From: Lingula anatina
Taxonomy: Eukaryota > Animalia > Brachiopoda
Reading direction: 5' to 3'
Assembly (NCBI GenBank): GCA_051362555.1
Contig: CM120640.1
Coordinates: 42,200,788 to 42,264,787 of the forward strand
DNA: 64,000 nt
The notes beneath the pieces were generated by a model. The model was not told the DNA's origin, searched no databases, and worked only from the letters and a program-made list of their open reading frames with translations. The position numbers were made by a program, and so were the translations under genes. Position 1 is the stretch's first letter. The number at the start of each line of letters is the position of its first letter. Below, one piece after another: positions 53,001 through 64,000 of the stretch.

Positions 53001-54173
53001 GCAAAATGTATTAGAATGTAAAGTGTTGCGAACCCTTTAAACAAGGTGAATGGTAATATGCACGTTTAGACAAATTTTAATTTTAATTTCAATTAAATTT
53101 AATTTTAATTAAAATTGATATTACCAAAATTAGTAAATGTCGTTTGCGTCATGTATCAATATTTTTGCGCATAATAGTACCTACGTTATAAACATTCAGC
53201 AAAGATATTTGGAAGGCCGCTCTTCTGTTGTTTATATCAAAGGAAAACTATTTGATACCCATCGTATCAATCATTATACCATGATAAGAGATTAGCATAC
53301 TAATTTATGTCCCCAGTAATAATATCTTTAACAATAACAACAAACCTTCCTACTGTGCTTTCCGTTGCAAAAACAATTAGCCACGACTGTTTTATATATT
53401 AATAGATATTTATAATAATGACAATTTCAAAATCTTCAAAAGTACCGACAGGGACACGAACTCCCGTCGGGTAGGTTGCAGACAATTCAACGACGTTAAC
53501 CGTTGTTCCACCAATTCTATTATTCACGCATATAGATATCGACAGCTCTGTATTGCCGCGCATGCCGAAGCTTTGCGGAAATTGCCGAAGGCTGGGAAAA
53601 TTCTTCAAAATATACTTTTATTACATTTAATCAAATCCAGACTATCTCCCACTGCCCTGAGGTATGGCTAAAGGCTTTCAGTTGTCATCAGACTTTGTAA
53701 TTTGGGAGAAAAAAGTGAAACAGTAACTTCTGGTGATGAATAATAGGTAATAGTGCTGCAAGGTGTTGTTTTTTATCCCTGATGTACGAGTAGCTTTTTC
53801 TACAGTTTCTATAATTCTCTTAACGTATGAAAATATGCAGGTTTTCTGAAATAATAAGACTTTGATAAAATCAAAACCAATAATACTTTTAAAGTCGAGA
53901 GTCGGGATAAATATCGGCAAGGTGGAGATATGTCCCGCCGGCGCTTCCGCAACAGCAAGACTGAAGGACGCAAGTTACAAAGCAAAACATGTTTAGTCAA
54001 GTTAAAGACTTAATTACCGGTTTAACTTCGGCGGCAGTGCCTACTGCTGTGAGCAACATGCGCTGTCCATCGTAATCCCCCTATCATTAACACTGTCGGG
54101 GACGTGCGCATTAGCGCGTCTGATGTAGACAGCGTGTGCTATTAAAGTGACCGGGGACTTATTAGCTATAGTG
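50029..54173. mobile_element. Unclassified 4145-bp non-coding insertion nested in Gypsy 2 pol
   Basis: Removing it plus one TA restores GGLTKEY-IKEKYGDVF. Imperfect termini CCGTATAGCTAA and TTAGCTATAGTG; TSD TA (or TAC). Confidence 0.85.
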
Positions 54174-56353
54174 TACATCAAAGAAAAGTACGGTGATGTA
54201 TTTACAGGCATTGGTTGCCTGGAAGGTGAAGTTTGTATTAAACTCAAAGACAATGCAAAGCCAATAATATGTGCAGCTCGTAAAGTACCTTTTGCTTTGA
54301 GAGAGAAACTCCAGAAAGAGTTGGAAAGATTGGCAAGTCAGAACATAATAAAGAAAACAGATGGTCCCACAGACTGGGTACTTCCCTTAGTATTAGTTGA
54401 AAAAGCTAATGGTAACCTTAGAATATGCATGGATCCTCTAAGATTGAATGAATATGTCTGCCGAGAACATTATCATTTACCAGAGAAATCTGAAATAGAG
54501 AGTGACATGGCAGGTGCCAAGTGTTTTTCAAAACTGGACCTTCGTCATGGTTTCTATAACCTTAAGTTAGATGAGCAAAGCTCCAGGTTGTGTACAGTGG
54601 CTACACCGTTTGGTAGATATTCATTTCTTAGGATGCCATATGGGGTGAAAAGTGCACCAGAGATTTTTCATGCTAAGATAGCTCAGTTATTTGAAAATGA
54701 GAAAAATGTGAAAGTTTTTATTGATGATATTGTGATTTATGCTGAAACATGGTCAGAGCATAGCAGAATTTTACAACGTGTGATGAATATCATATAGAAA
54801 GCAGGCGTGAAGCTCCATGGAGACAAATGTGAAATAAGTTGTACTGCTTTAACATTTCTAGGTGATTGTCTTACAGAACATGGTATAAAGCCAGATCCAT
54901 GTAAAGTCAGTGCTATAAACAATATGCCTGATCCAACATGTAAGGAAGAATTACAAAGAGGGCTAGGTATGATTAATTACTTATCAAAATTCATGCCCAA
55001 TTTGTCAGAGAAGACTACGAAACTGAGACATTTGTTATTGAATACTGTAGACTGGAATTGGTCTGATGAACATAAGAAAGAATGGGACTGTTTGAAAAAT
55101 ATGATCAGGAGTGACAAAATATTACAGTACTTCGATCACAACAGGAAGACGAAAGTATCGTCAGATGCTTCCAAAAGTGGACTTGGAGCAGTTTTACTAC
55201 AGTTACATGAACATGAGTGGAAACCTGTTGCATTTGCTTCTTGGGCAATGACAAAAACAGAGTGTAGATATGCACAGATAGAAAAAGAATTGCTAGGAAT
55301 GGTATTTGCTGCAGAGAAATTTCATGAATATATCTATGGTAGAGCAGATGTGATAGCTGAGACTGATCACAAACCTTTGATATCACTTTCTAGTAAGATA
55401 TTGAGTGACTTAACTCCACTAGTATTTGTCAAAAGTTTAGGTATAGGCAGCCTAAAGAGCCTCTCACCGAGCATGAGGTTCCAGTAGAACCTTGGACAAA
55501 AGTAGGAGCTGACTTATTTTGTTTTCGAGGCACAAATTACTTGATTGTAGTAGATTACACGTCAAATTATCCAGAAATTGCTAAATTAGAAAATTTGAGT
55601 AGTCGGTGTGTGATCAACCATTTCAAAGCTATCATAGCTAGGTATGGAATTCCTAGAATTGTTGTTACAGATCCAGGAAAACAGTTTGATTCCTATATGT
55701 TTACAGATTTTGCTAATGTATATGGATTTAAACATATCCAGAGTAGTCCAAAGCATAGTCAAAGTAATGGCAAAGCTGAGAAAGGTGTTCAGATTGTCAA
55801 AAGAATGTTAAAGAAGACCAATGAATCTGGTGAAGATCCATATTTAGCACTGTTGAATTATAGAACTACACCTTTGTCTGGTGAAAATAGTCCTTCAGAA
55901 ATAATGATGGGAAGGAAAGTTAGAAATAGATTACCAGATGTAGTTGAACATAGAAACAAGGATTTGATGAGGAATAAGGAAAATAGTAAAAATAAAAAAT
56001 ATTATGATGTTGGTGCAAAACTGTTAAAACCACTGCACCAAGGTGATGTTGTAAGAGTTCACAGAGAAAGAAATACAGGTGTTTGGAGTGATAAAGGTAG
56101 AATTTTAGAGGAAAATTCTCCAAATTCTTTTAATGTTGAACTTGAAAATGGAACTGTATTAAGAAGGAATAGACGTGATTTACTTTCAACAAAAGAACCA
56201 TTTGAGTTGAAGCCTGAAGTAGATATTGATATGGAACAGAGTCCTTCTCAGGCACAAGTTAATGTTATGCCACAAGTTGTAACTCTACCTGATGTCAAGA
56301 CTCGTAGTGGTAGAAACATTGTTAAACCAAAGAGACTTATTGAAGAGTGTTAA
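54174..56353 (+). pseudogene. pol: RT-RNaseH-integrase of Gypsy element 2, disrupted
   Basis: LRICMD, SKLDLRHGF, RMPYG, FIDDIVI, DASKSGLGAVL, YAQIEKE, TDHKPL, then integrase core. TAG at 54795 and a deletion near 55420 that removes the RNase H end and most of the IN zinc finger. Confidence 0.9.
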
Positions 56354-58665
56354 AAGACATTGTTTAGTTATTGAGATAAGGAGAACAAACAATGTAGATT
56401 AAAGCATGAGATACTTTATTTAGAAACATTTTTTATTGTAAAAAAAAAAGGAAGATATATCATAATGTCGTTAATTGTATGACCTGTTTATGTTATGTAA
56501 TAAAGACGCTTGACGACACCACGCCATCTTGGAGTCACGTTGTTACAGATTGCGACGCAGATTGTGGCGATATTCTCAACCAACTTAAGGGGTGCTGTGG
56601 GACTGGTGCGTGTGCCAGCAGGTGCATCTGCTACACTGGCAGTAACCCTGTAAGTTGAACGTTTTTGTTGTTTTAAAAGCAAAAGAAACATAAATGCAAA
56701 AATAGGGTAGCGTAGGATGTTTACAGGTACTCCGTATATGAGTAAAATGTTTGTGCAAAAGGCCCTTAGTTATCTTCGATATCTATATAAACGTTTGATC
56801 ATTTGTGTTAACTATTTCAAGCAAAGGCAATGCTATTTAGCACTCTTGCACGAATAAATTTTATCAAAAGTGTTTTCAGTTCAAGTTGTCTTACCGAACG
56901 CATGGAATCCAATATGTGACATATCTCGAGAAAAATGTATTTTGAGAAACATTTTTTTAAATTATTCACCAAAATTGTAATTGTAAATTTAAAATGAGTC
57001 TTGCTCAGACTACGACTGGTGAGCGTATTAATATCTAAACTGATAATACGAATATATAACAATCAAATCGTAATGTTAAGATGATATTTTCCCTTTAACT
57101 AAGTGCTATGAGTAGTATAGGTTCATACCAGGTTCAGGCCAAAAATCAAAACTGGTATTCTTTGTTTACAAAATCTACCACTACCGAATTAACAACCACC
57201 GACACTACCACAGAGTCAACGACCACCGATTCTACCACCACTGAGTCAACAACCACGGAGACTACAACCACTGAGTCTACCACTACCGAGTCTACAACCA
57301 CCCAATCAACCACCACCGAGTCAACGAGCACTGAGCCTACCACCACTGAGACTACAACCACCGAGTCTACCACCACTGACTCAACAACCACTGAGTCTAC
57401 CACCACCGCCCCCACCACATGTGAGTCTTTTAAAACTCTTTAAAAGAAATTTAAGAGTATTAAAATACTTGAAAGTGTTGTATTGCATGCATTTTTTATT
57501 GATACACATCGCTTTGTGCATGATAATAAAAATGTACAGTAATGACTATGGTAATTAAAGCACTTAACAACCACAGGCAAATGTGTAATGCGGTATGTTA
57601 TTCTTTCAAATGACCATTAAAAACAAAATTTTGTTGGAATCCCCTGGTCTTTTTTTCTTGAAATTACTAATATGGAACTTTGATGCATGTTTGATGATAA
57701 TACCATAAAAGTTAATTGTATGGTTACATTTGGCTTTTAAACCCCACCAGCTTGTCATTCGCATTGACTTTTACTGCAATAAGATAAGATCGTTATGTTT
57801 GTTATTACGCGGCGATGCCGATAATGTTCAGCGTACCGCTGAGGTATTTTTTTCCTTATAACGCACTATTTATCACTCCAACCTTTGTTTTTCTGTTCTT
57901 CACTTAGACATAATCTTTTTAATTGCTGTACATATAAACTTAGAGTGGAAACATATTTTATATTTTATGTAAGATTTAAGTATTTTGGTTGGGAATCCGT
58001 GTTCTTTTTTTCTTGAAATTACAAATATGGAGCTTTAATGCATGTGATTTATGTATAAGACAAAAGACTAAGGAATGCAGAATCCGTCTTCATTATGTTT
58101 CAGTGTCGCCATCTGCGCCTCGACTGCTAGCGTGGTTAAAGTCAGTTCAGGCACGGTGCCAGAGTACTATGTCAGAGTGAATCCCTGCACAGCTCTGTGC
58201 AGCAGTGCATATTCTACTGGCTTTTGGTTCACTGCACAGAGGTACAGAGGTTGCTGTGGTAACAACATATGTTATTGCACTTTAACCACCGTTCTTTACT
58301 CGGCAAGTTTTTTACCTCTATCATTAACATTTAAAAACAAATGTGGTAGTAAAGGGATAAGTATATTTAAAAAAAGAACATCGATGCCTACAATTTTATA
58401 GAATCTATTAAGATGAATATGAATATAAAAAAATTGATATTTATCACACCATCCCTTACATCTCTATCAGTGCCAATGGTTGAGTTTTAATTGAAAAAAA
58501 ACCAAAAGATGCACAAATGTTCCATTTCCCGCTGTTTTCTCAATATATAGATGCAGTCATATTTTTGTAAATAATTCAAGGACGGAAAACATTTTATTTT
58601 GTTGAAAATAGTGTATTGCATTGATATTTTATTTTTTGTCAACTACAATTTAATTTACCGCGTTG

Positions 58666-59464
58666 TATTAGTACCACCAGCGTGTACGCTGGCAGTACTT
58701 ATGGTTTTAGTCCCGACCCGTCTCGCACGGCTCCGCCGGCTCCGGGATACAAGTCACCGTTACCGCTTCTCCTAGACCGCACGGACCTGTGTCCCCATCT
58801 CTTAGACTTAGGTCACATATAATCTCAACTTGAATCCCTTTTTTGTTGTCTCAATCGGTGCATTGGCCTGGGCGTGACACTCGTTGAACGAAAATTCAAC
58901 CCTAAATATCCCCCAAACCGAAGGAATTATGGAAAAATTACTATGGATGTCTGACCGAAAGTCGTATGTAAAGATTTTAAATATACGAAATTTATGGCAC
59001 ATTACTATAACTCCAAAATTGCAACATATTTGCCCCTTATATCTCTTAAACTGTCAGAGATAGGCCCATAGTTGCTATTGAAGTTGAGTAGAAAGTCCTA
59101 TACTGGCGATTTAACCGTGACTTGAAATTGACCTTTGACCTACTTTTCATCATGAAATGACTTTTGCAAGATTTCTGTCCCTTACATCTCCAAAACTGGC
59201 AAAACTGAAAGTCACAGGAGTGATCAATATTACGAAAATACAGGTCAATTCGAAAATCAGCTTAATTGGACAATTTTTACAGTTATGCTGTTTTTTTTTC
59301 ACTTCTTTTTGCATATTTTGAGAACTCTTGTTTATTGAATTTTATAGAGCCTGTCAAACACAATACTGGTGGCGGGGTCCCTTTTTTGGCTTTCCATATG
59401 GATGTGCTTACTCCAGCTGGTGGTACAATATCCGGAGGCGGTATCGCCTCTGTGATCTTCTAGC
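58666..59464 (+). mobile_element. Helentron-associated non-autonomous element (HINE/DINE-like) in intron 6 of gene C
   Basis: Subterminal inverted repeat GTACCACCAGC (58671) / GCTGGTGGTAC (59416), 5' palindrome, 3' hairpin GAGGCGGTATCGCCTC, CTAG end in a T-rich site. Absent from the matching intron of gene B. Confidence 0.78.
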
Positions 59465-61144
59465 TTTCTTCTTATTTTCATTTTTTGTTTGTTTGCTTGT
59501 GTGTATGTTTGTGTCACTTTTATTTGTAACAGCTGTTGTTTTTTACTGGTAGATAACTGTCTGTGATTGAGGAATTAACATTTTAACATTTTAAAAATAA
59601 CAGATTATCTTACCGGTAAACCGCTCAAAAGCATTATGGCTGGTTTATTCAGTTTCTAATCAGCACCTTTAAGTGTCCTTTCACCAACCACCTAGCGTTC
59701 CTCACTCCTTCTCTACTCCTCTCCTACCGTTTTATTCCGATAAGAGATGCCATGATGGAATGTAGGGCATCTAACTACACTCTGAATACTTATGAATTTT
59801 CGTATTTATTTTTTCAGAGTAGTTGCACCCTGATTAACTAATGAGATATGGAAAAGAAAAATTGAATGAAGTAAAAAAAAAAAAGACGTGCTCAGTGCTG
59901 CTTTGCTGATAGATTCGGAACGTATAGTTTTGATTAACAAGCCAAACGGACAAACTGAATAGAAACTGAATAGAAACTCCTTTGATTGAACTTCCTGTTT
60001 TCAATGTATTCTAAACTCTATAATGTTTTCTTTTTGCAAGGATCTGTCCAAATTAAACATCGTGTGCACTTCATATATAAATTTATAAATAATTAAAATG
60101 GCGGATAGGTGTGCAAATATATAGGAAGGGCTATTTCAACATCGGATTAAACATTTATGGGTTTTTGTTGTGTATCGAACATTTATTAGCTATAATTGAA
60201 AGAATACTAATAAGTGTTCTGTTATTTTGTGTTAATATCCTAGTTATCTTTGTATCTTTTTCTGTGTTTATCGTCATTGTTTGTGAAACATAATGCCGCA
60301 GAGGAATTTGATTTGCCTGATGTTTTCAAAATTTTTGAATTTGATACTAAACTTATAGTTCACTAGGAAAAGGATCTTATAAACTCAGAACAGAGTTTTT
60401 GTAGTCAATCATTTAAACAACAAAAAATTTGAATCAACCACGACACGTGCAGTTTTTCCCAGTTTTTTTCCAAAAACCAATTAATTAAGAAGTTCTTATC
60501 AATGTTTATTTTCATCTGGCCCTTCATTTGCATATTTCGTAAATAATAATTGTAGAGCCGTTATTCAAACACTTCAATAAGTGGGAAACATAGCTTATGT
60601 TTGCATGGGCATAGAAAAATTTAGGTAAAACGTGCTGAGTTTACAAATGTCTCAAATAAATTGTAGCAGCTATTGCTTTTGAACTTTAAACACAATTGTT
60701 TTTATTTCAAAAGATGTTTTTATCAAGTACGTTCTTGGTATCATTTTGCATATTCGGGTAAATTCTTACTCTCACAGAGGAAGAGACACGTGTTCATTCA
60801 ATATATCTGAAGTGTTTAAAACTATTCAATATATCTTTGAATGGACTGTCAAACATTACTTCACTTTTGAAATTATACACGCCGAGATTATAACTAATTA
60901 CATTGCTGACAATTAATATAGATGAATACAGTATTTAAATGATCACCATACCTATAGATCTATAAATAAACATATCGCAAGGATTGCAACTTAATTTCGA
61001 TTGATCATTCGATTATTATTCAAGGAAACTTGTTTGCCTTTGTGTTAGTAAACAACTGATCTATAAACGGATTTTGAAAAAATCAAAATATGTCTAAAAG
61101 GGTTAGCGTAGGGTCGATTAGCTTTTGGGGTTGATACAACAATA

Positions 61145-61730
61145 TAGTCCAAGTATTTGGTGCAGAAAAAAAGGGTGAATTGTGCATTTTTACCTACAAG
61201 CATGAAATTTGGCACAGTTGTAGATAACGGAATTCTAAACCATTTTGGATATATGGGCATGTCTGAAAATTCCAATATGGCCGCCAAATGCAATATGACC
61301 CGCCACAAATACTCTTTTAAATTAAAACTTCTAATATATAATCCTATAATGGTTTAAAATATCATTTTATAGTTAGGAAATACCATGATAAGAATGAATT
61401 ATCAATACCCGCTTCTTTAGGTGTATAGAAATCCAAAATGGCCCCCAAAAATAAAATAAGCAGTCTATTTACTCAAAATATGCAGACTTACAACTACAAG
61501 TAAAAATTGGCACAGTTGTGGAGAACATGATTCTAAGAAACGTTGGATATAGGTGCATGTCTGAAAATTCCAATATGGCAGTCAATTTTAATATGGCCAC
61601 CAAAATACTCTTTCAAGGTGAAAGTTATTTATGTAGTCTTTTACAAAATATCATTTAATGGTTAGAAAATGCCATAGTATCCGCCTCTTTAGGTTTTAAA
61701 ATTCCAAAATGACCTCCAAAAGTCAGTGGG
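61145..61730. mobile_element. Fragment of a non-autonomous DNA transposon (Academ-like TAGTC start) with an internal repeat of about 300 bp
   Basis: Starts where B/C homology stops; AAAT(T)TGGCACAGTTG...TCCAATATGGC occurs at about 61205 and 61503. No second TIR found. Confidence 0.5.
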
Positions 61731-62199
61731 CCACATGTATTGGAAACATGCATTCGAGGGCCCAGGGAAACTCAAATAAATTTGTATCAGCTTTTGCTTT
61801 TAAACTTTGAAGACAATTGTTTTTCATTTTAAAAGATGTTTTGATCAAATTAGGGCTTGATTCTGTACAAATGGCTCAATTTTCACAATTGTGGAGGAGC
61901 AGACACGTGTTTATTCAATCTCTTTGAAGTATTCAAAACCGTCCAATAGATTTTTTGCATGGACTGTCAAACATTTCTTCACATTTAGAAATATAAGTGA
62001 TAATTGAGTAATCCATGAAAACCATGTGGAGTTTTGTGTTTTGTTGGGCCTTGCTTATGCGACAGATTTTAGCAATTCTTTCAGGCTTCTAGCTTTGAAT
62101 GACATAACTTACTCTTGCCGTACGTTTCAATCGTTTTGCAAAATTTTTGTAAGTTTTCCGGAATACGTTTTGGAAATGCATATGTGTTTGTCTTTTATA

Positions 62200-62945
62200 A
62201 TGTTTGTATTACGTTCTGGAAGAACATTATAATATTATACCGTTTTAATAACACTCATAAGAACTGTTACAACAACAAAATATGTTATAAAACGTTTTTT
62301 TTTTTCTTTTTTTCTTTTTTTTTTTTTTTTGTGGAGATTAAAAACGTCATCGTAACGTTAAGATGACGTTGCAGATAAGTTTACGAAATGTTTCTATAAA
62401 AGACTATATTACCGTCATCTAGTGTAATTTTTTTTATGATTTTATAACGTTCTGGAACGTCTTATAATAATGTTTTGAAAACGTTTTTATAACTAAAAAA
62501 ATAAGTTATGACAACGTTATAATAAAAAGTTTAGACGTTCATAAAACGTCAACAATAATAATTCAATACAAAATCGCTCAATTTAATTTAAAAAGAACAA
62601 CAAACCGGTACTCCAAATGATCGAGAAAAATGTACTTGAAGCACCTCACTTATATTGACACAACGCTATGACCAAGTATGGTCAGGATACTGCTTATTAT
62701 ATACTCCATTAGTCAGCATTACATAAATCTTTATATTAAAATTATATATGGAATGTATATACCCAGCAGGCATAGTGACGTTGGATCAACGTTGAAAACG
62801 GGTTGATACGTTGAATTGCCGTTGATCTACCTAAATTCAAAGTAAAATCAACGTTGATCCAGCCACTTCAAAACACCGTCATAATGTGACGTTGACTCAA
62901 CGTTGTATTTTGGTCATTGACTCAACGTTGTTGTTTGGTCGTCGT
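62200..62945. repeat. ACGTT-rich subterminal-repeat fragments, CACTA/EnSpm MITE-like
   Basis: Clusters of (A)ACGTT motifs in both orientations; CCCAGCAGGCA start at 62762. Confidence 0.45.
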
Positions 62946-63585
62946 GATGCAAGACATGGATTGTAACTTTAAATATTAGTTATTGAAAACGTGATAATTT
63001 GTTTATCAATACTGTAACTAACTTTATCAAAATAATAAAAAAAATATTTTAAAGTAAAAGTGAAAGTTGTTTTGTCTCTTTAGTGAACTAGTGAATTTTC
63101 TTAACTTGTTATTCAGAAATACATTCCAATAAACTTTCTTGCAAGGTCAGCTAACACCAGGATGAATAAGTCGTTGTAAATGTGATGGAGTGAAGTTAGT
63201 TAACAAAGTTGACAGTTCTTGGTACCCTGTTATAGATAGCCAGGTTAAGGTGACTGTGGCGCGTATTCCAGAATTTCCCTTTAGCGTTAAGGGTGACTTG
63301 AAGTCGACCTTATACGAAATTTGTATTCCAAGACCTTTCTTTATCTCACTTGAAAGGAATCACTTAACAATCATCCTTAGGAAAGGAATCGGTCATTTCT
63401 AGAATCTGCATTTGCTTAAAGATTTCCTTTATTTTCGGCTGAGGATTCCTTAAAATGTAAGGTTGGTCTGGAGTAACTTTTAGTCTTCCTTAAGCAGCCA
63501 TCGTGTACAGTTCTCTTGTGAAAATCAGCTTCATGGAGGACTATGTAAACCAACATGCCTACCCAAATTCAAATTCATTAAATTC

Positions 63586-64000
63586 AACTAGAAAAGCACT
63601 CCGAGAGCAAAGTCTCCACCCAATTTTCATTCTATAATGATTTAGTTTTTTATTTTTGATTATTGATTGATTATTGATCCGGATCACCACCAAAAACTAA
63701 TCATGTGTTCCTTGGCCCACTTGTGACAGTTCCTGAAAACTTCATCACAATCGGCACATAACTTTTTGAGTAATTTTTGATTTTTGATTATTGATTGATT
63801 ATTGACTTGATCACCACCAAAAACTAACAACTTCTAAGTTAACCCATTTCTGACCTACCCTGTACATTTCATAAAAATCGGTCCTGAACTTTTTGTGTTA
63901 TTTTCGATTAATGATAATTGGTTGATTATTGATCTTGATCACCACCAAAAACTAATCACTTCTAATATAACCCATTTCTGACCTACCCTGAAAATTTCAT
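63586..64000 (-). mobile_element. 3' end of a HINE/Helentron-like element with a 127-128-bp internal tandem array, continuing out of the window
   Basis: Minus-strand end ...GGAGTGCTTTTCTAGTT; GATCACCACCAAAAACTAA at 63682, 63809 and 63937. Confidence 0.6.

Larger units (their letters stand above)
48620..56547 (+). mobile_element. Ty3/Gypsy LTR retrotransposon (Mag/SURL-like) with 92-bp LTRs, inserted in exon 3 of gene C
   Basis: LTRs 48620-48711 and 56456-56547 (one difference seen), 5-bp TSD GATTG, PBS TGGTACCAGAAGT (tRNA-Leu-like) at 48712, PPT at about 56440-56455, single gag-pol frame. Confidence 0.95.
47845..59841 (+). pseudogene. Gene C: inverted duplicate of gene B, pseudogene
   Basis: Exon homologues 47845-47935, 48248-48277, 48559-48619 plus 56553-56649, remnant near 57009-57018, about 57172-57420, 58104-58302, 59818-59841. 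Lesions: TAG two codons after ATG 47872, LTR element in exon 3, lost exon-5 acceptor (ACAG to ACAA), 4-nt deletion in exon 6, GT to GC donor. Confidence 0.88.

Noticed and set aside
53440-53475. Hairpin with GTTCG resembling a tRNA T-arm
   Set aside because: No cloverleaf or A box is recognisable around it.
54160-54173. CACTATAG end resembling ProtoRAG/Transib termini
   Set aside because: Only one end starts with CAC, the TSD is 2-3 bp rather than 5 bp, and there is no RAG-like coding sequence.

Overview
AT-rich, intron- and repeat-rich animal genomic DNA, probably a marine invertebrate; no prokaryotic features. All exon and junction coordinates were read by eye. (1) 1-6448: a very young Ty3/Gypsy LTR retrotransposon with an intact gag. 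Its RT is deleted and its RNaseH-integrase block is flipped between two 819-bp inverted arms. It lies in an intron of (2) a minus-strand SLC5 Na+/solute symporter gene (SMCT/SMVT/NIS-like; 13 coding exons at 6481-13419, 3' end outside the window). (3) A three-member cluster of an unrecognised 7-exon secreted-protein family: signal peptide, 10-Cys domain, Thr-rich acidic mucin stalk, 8-Cys domain. Both Cys domains carry a CxxxC...GxC...CxC (CS-alpha-beta/defensin-like) pattern. Genes A (20889-24675, -) and B (41304-45289, -) look intact. Gene C (47845-59841, +) is an inverted duplicate of B, now a pseudogene and split by a Mag-type Gypsy element that itself carries an unclassified 4.1-kb insertion. 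(4) Many other TEs: Tc1, Harbinger and Kolobok MITEs, Academ-like elements, a CR1-group LINE, a Rex1-like fragment and Helentron-like HINEs.
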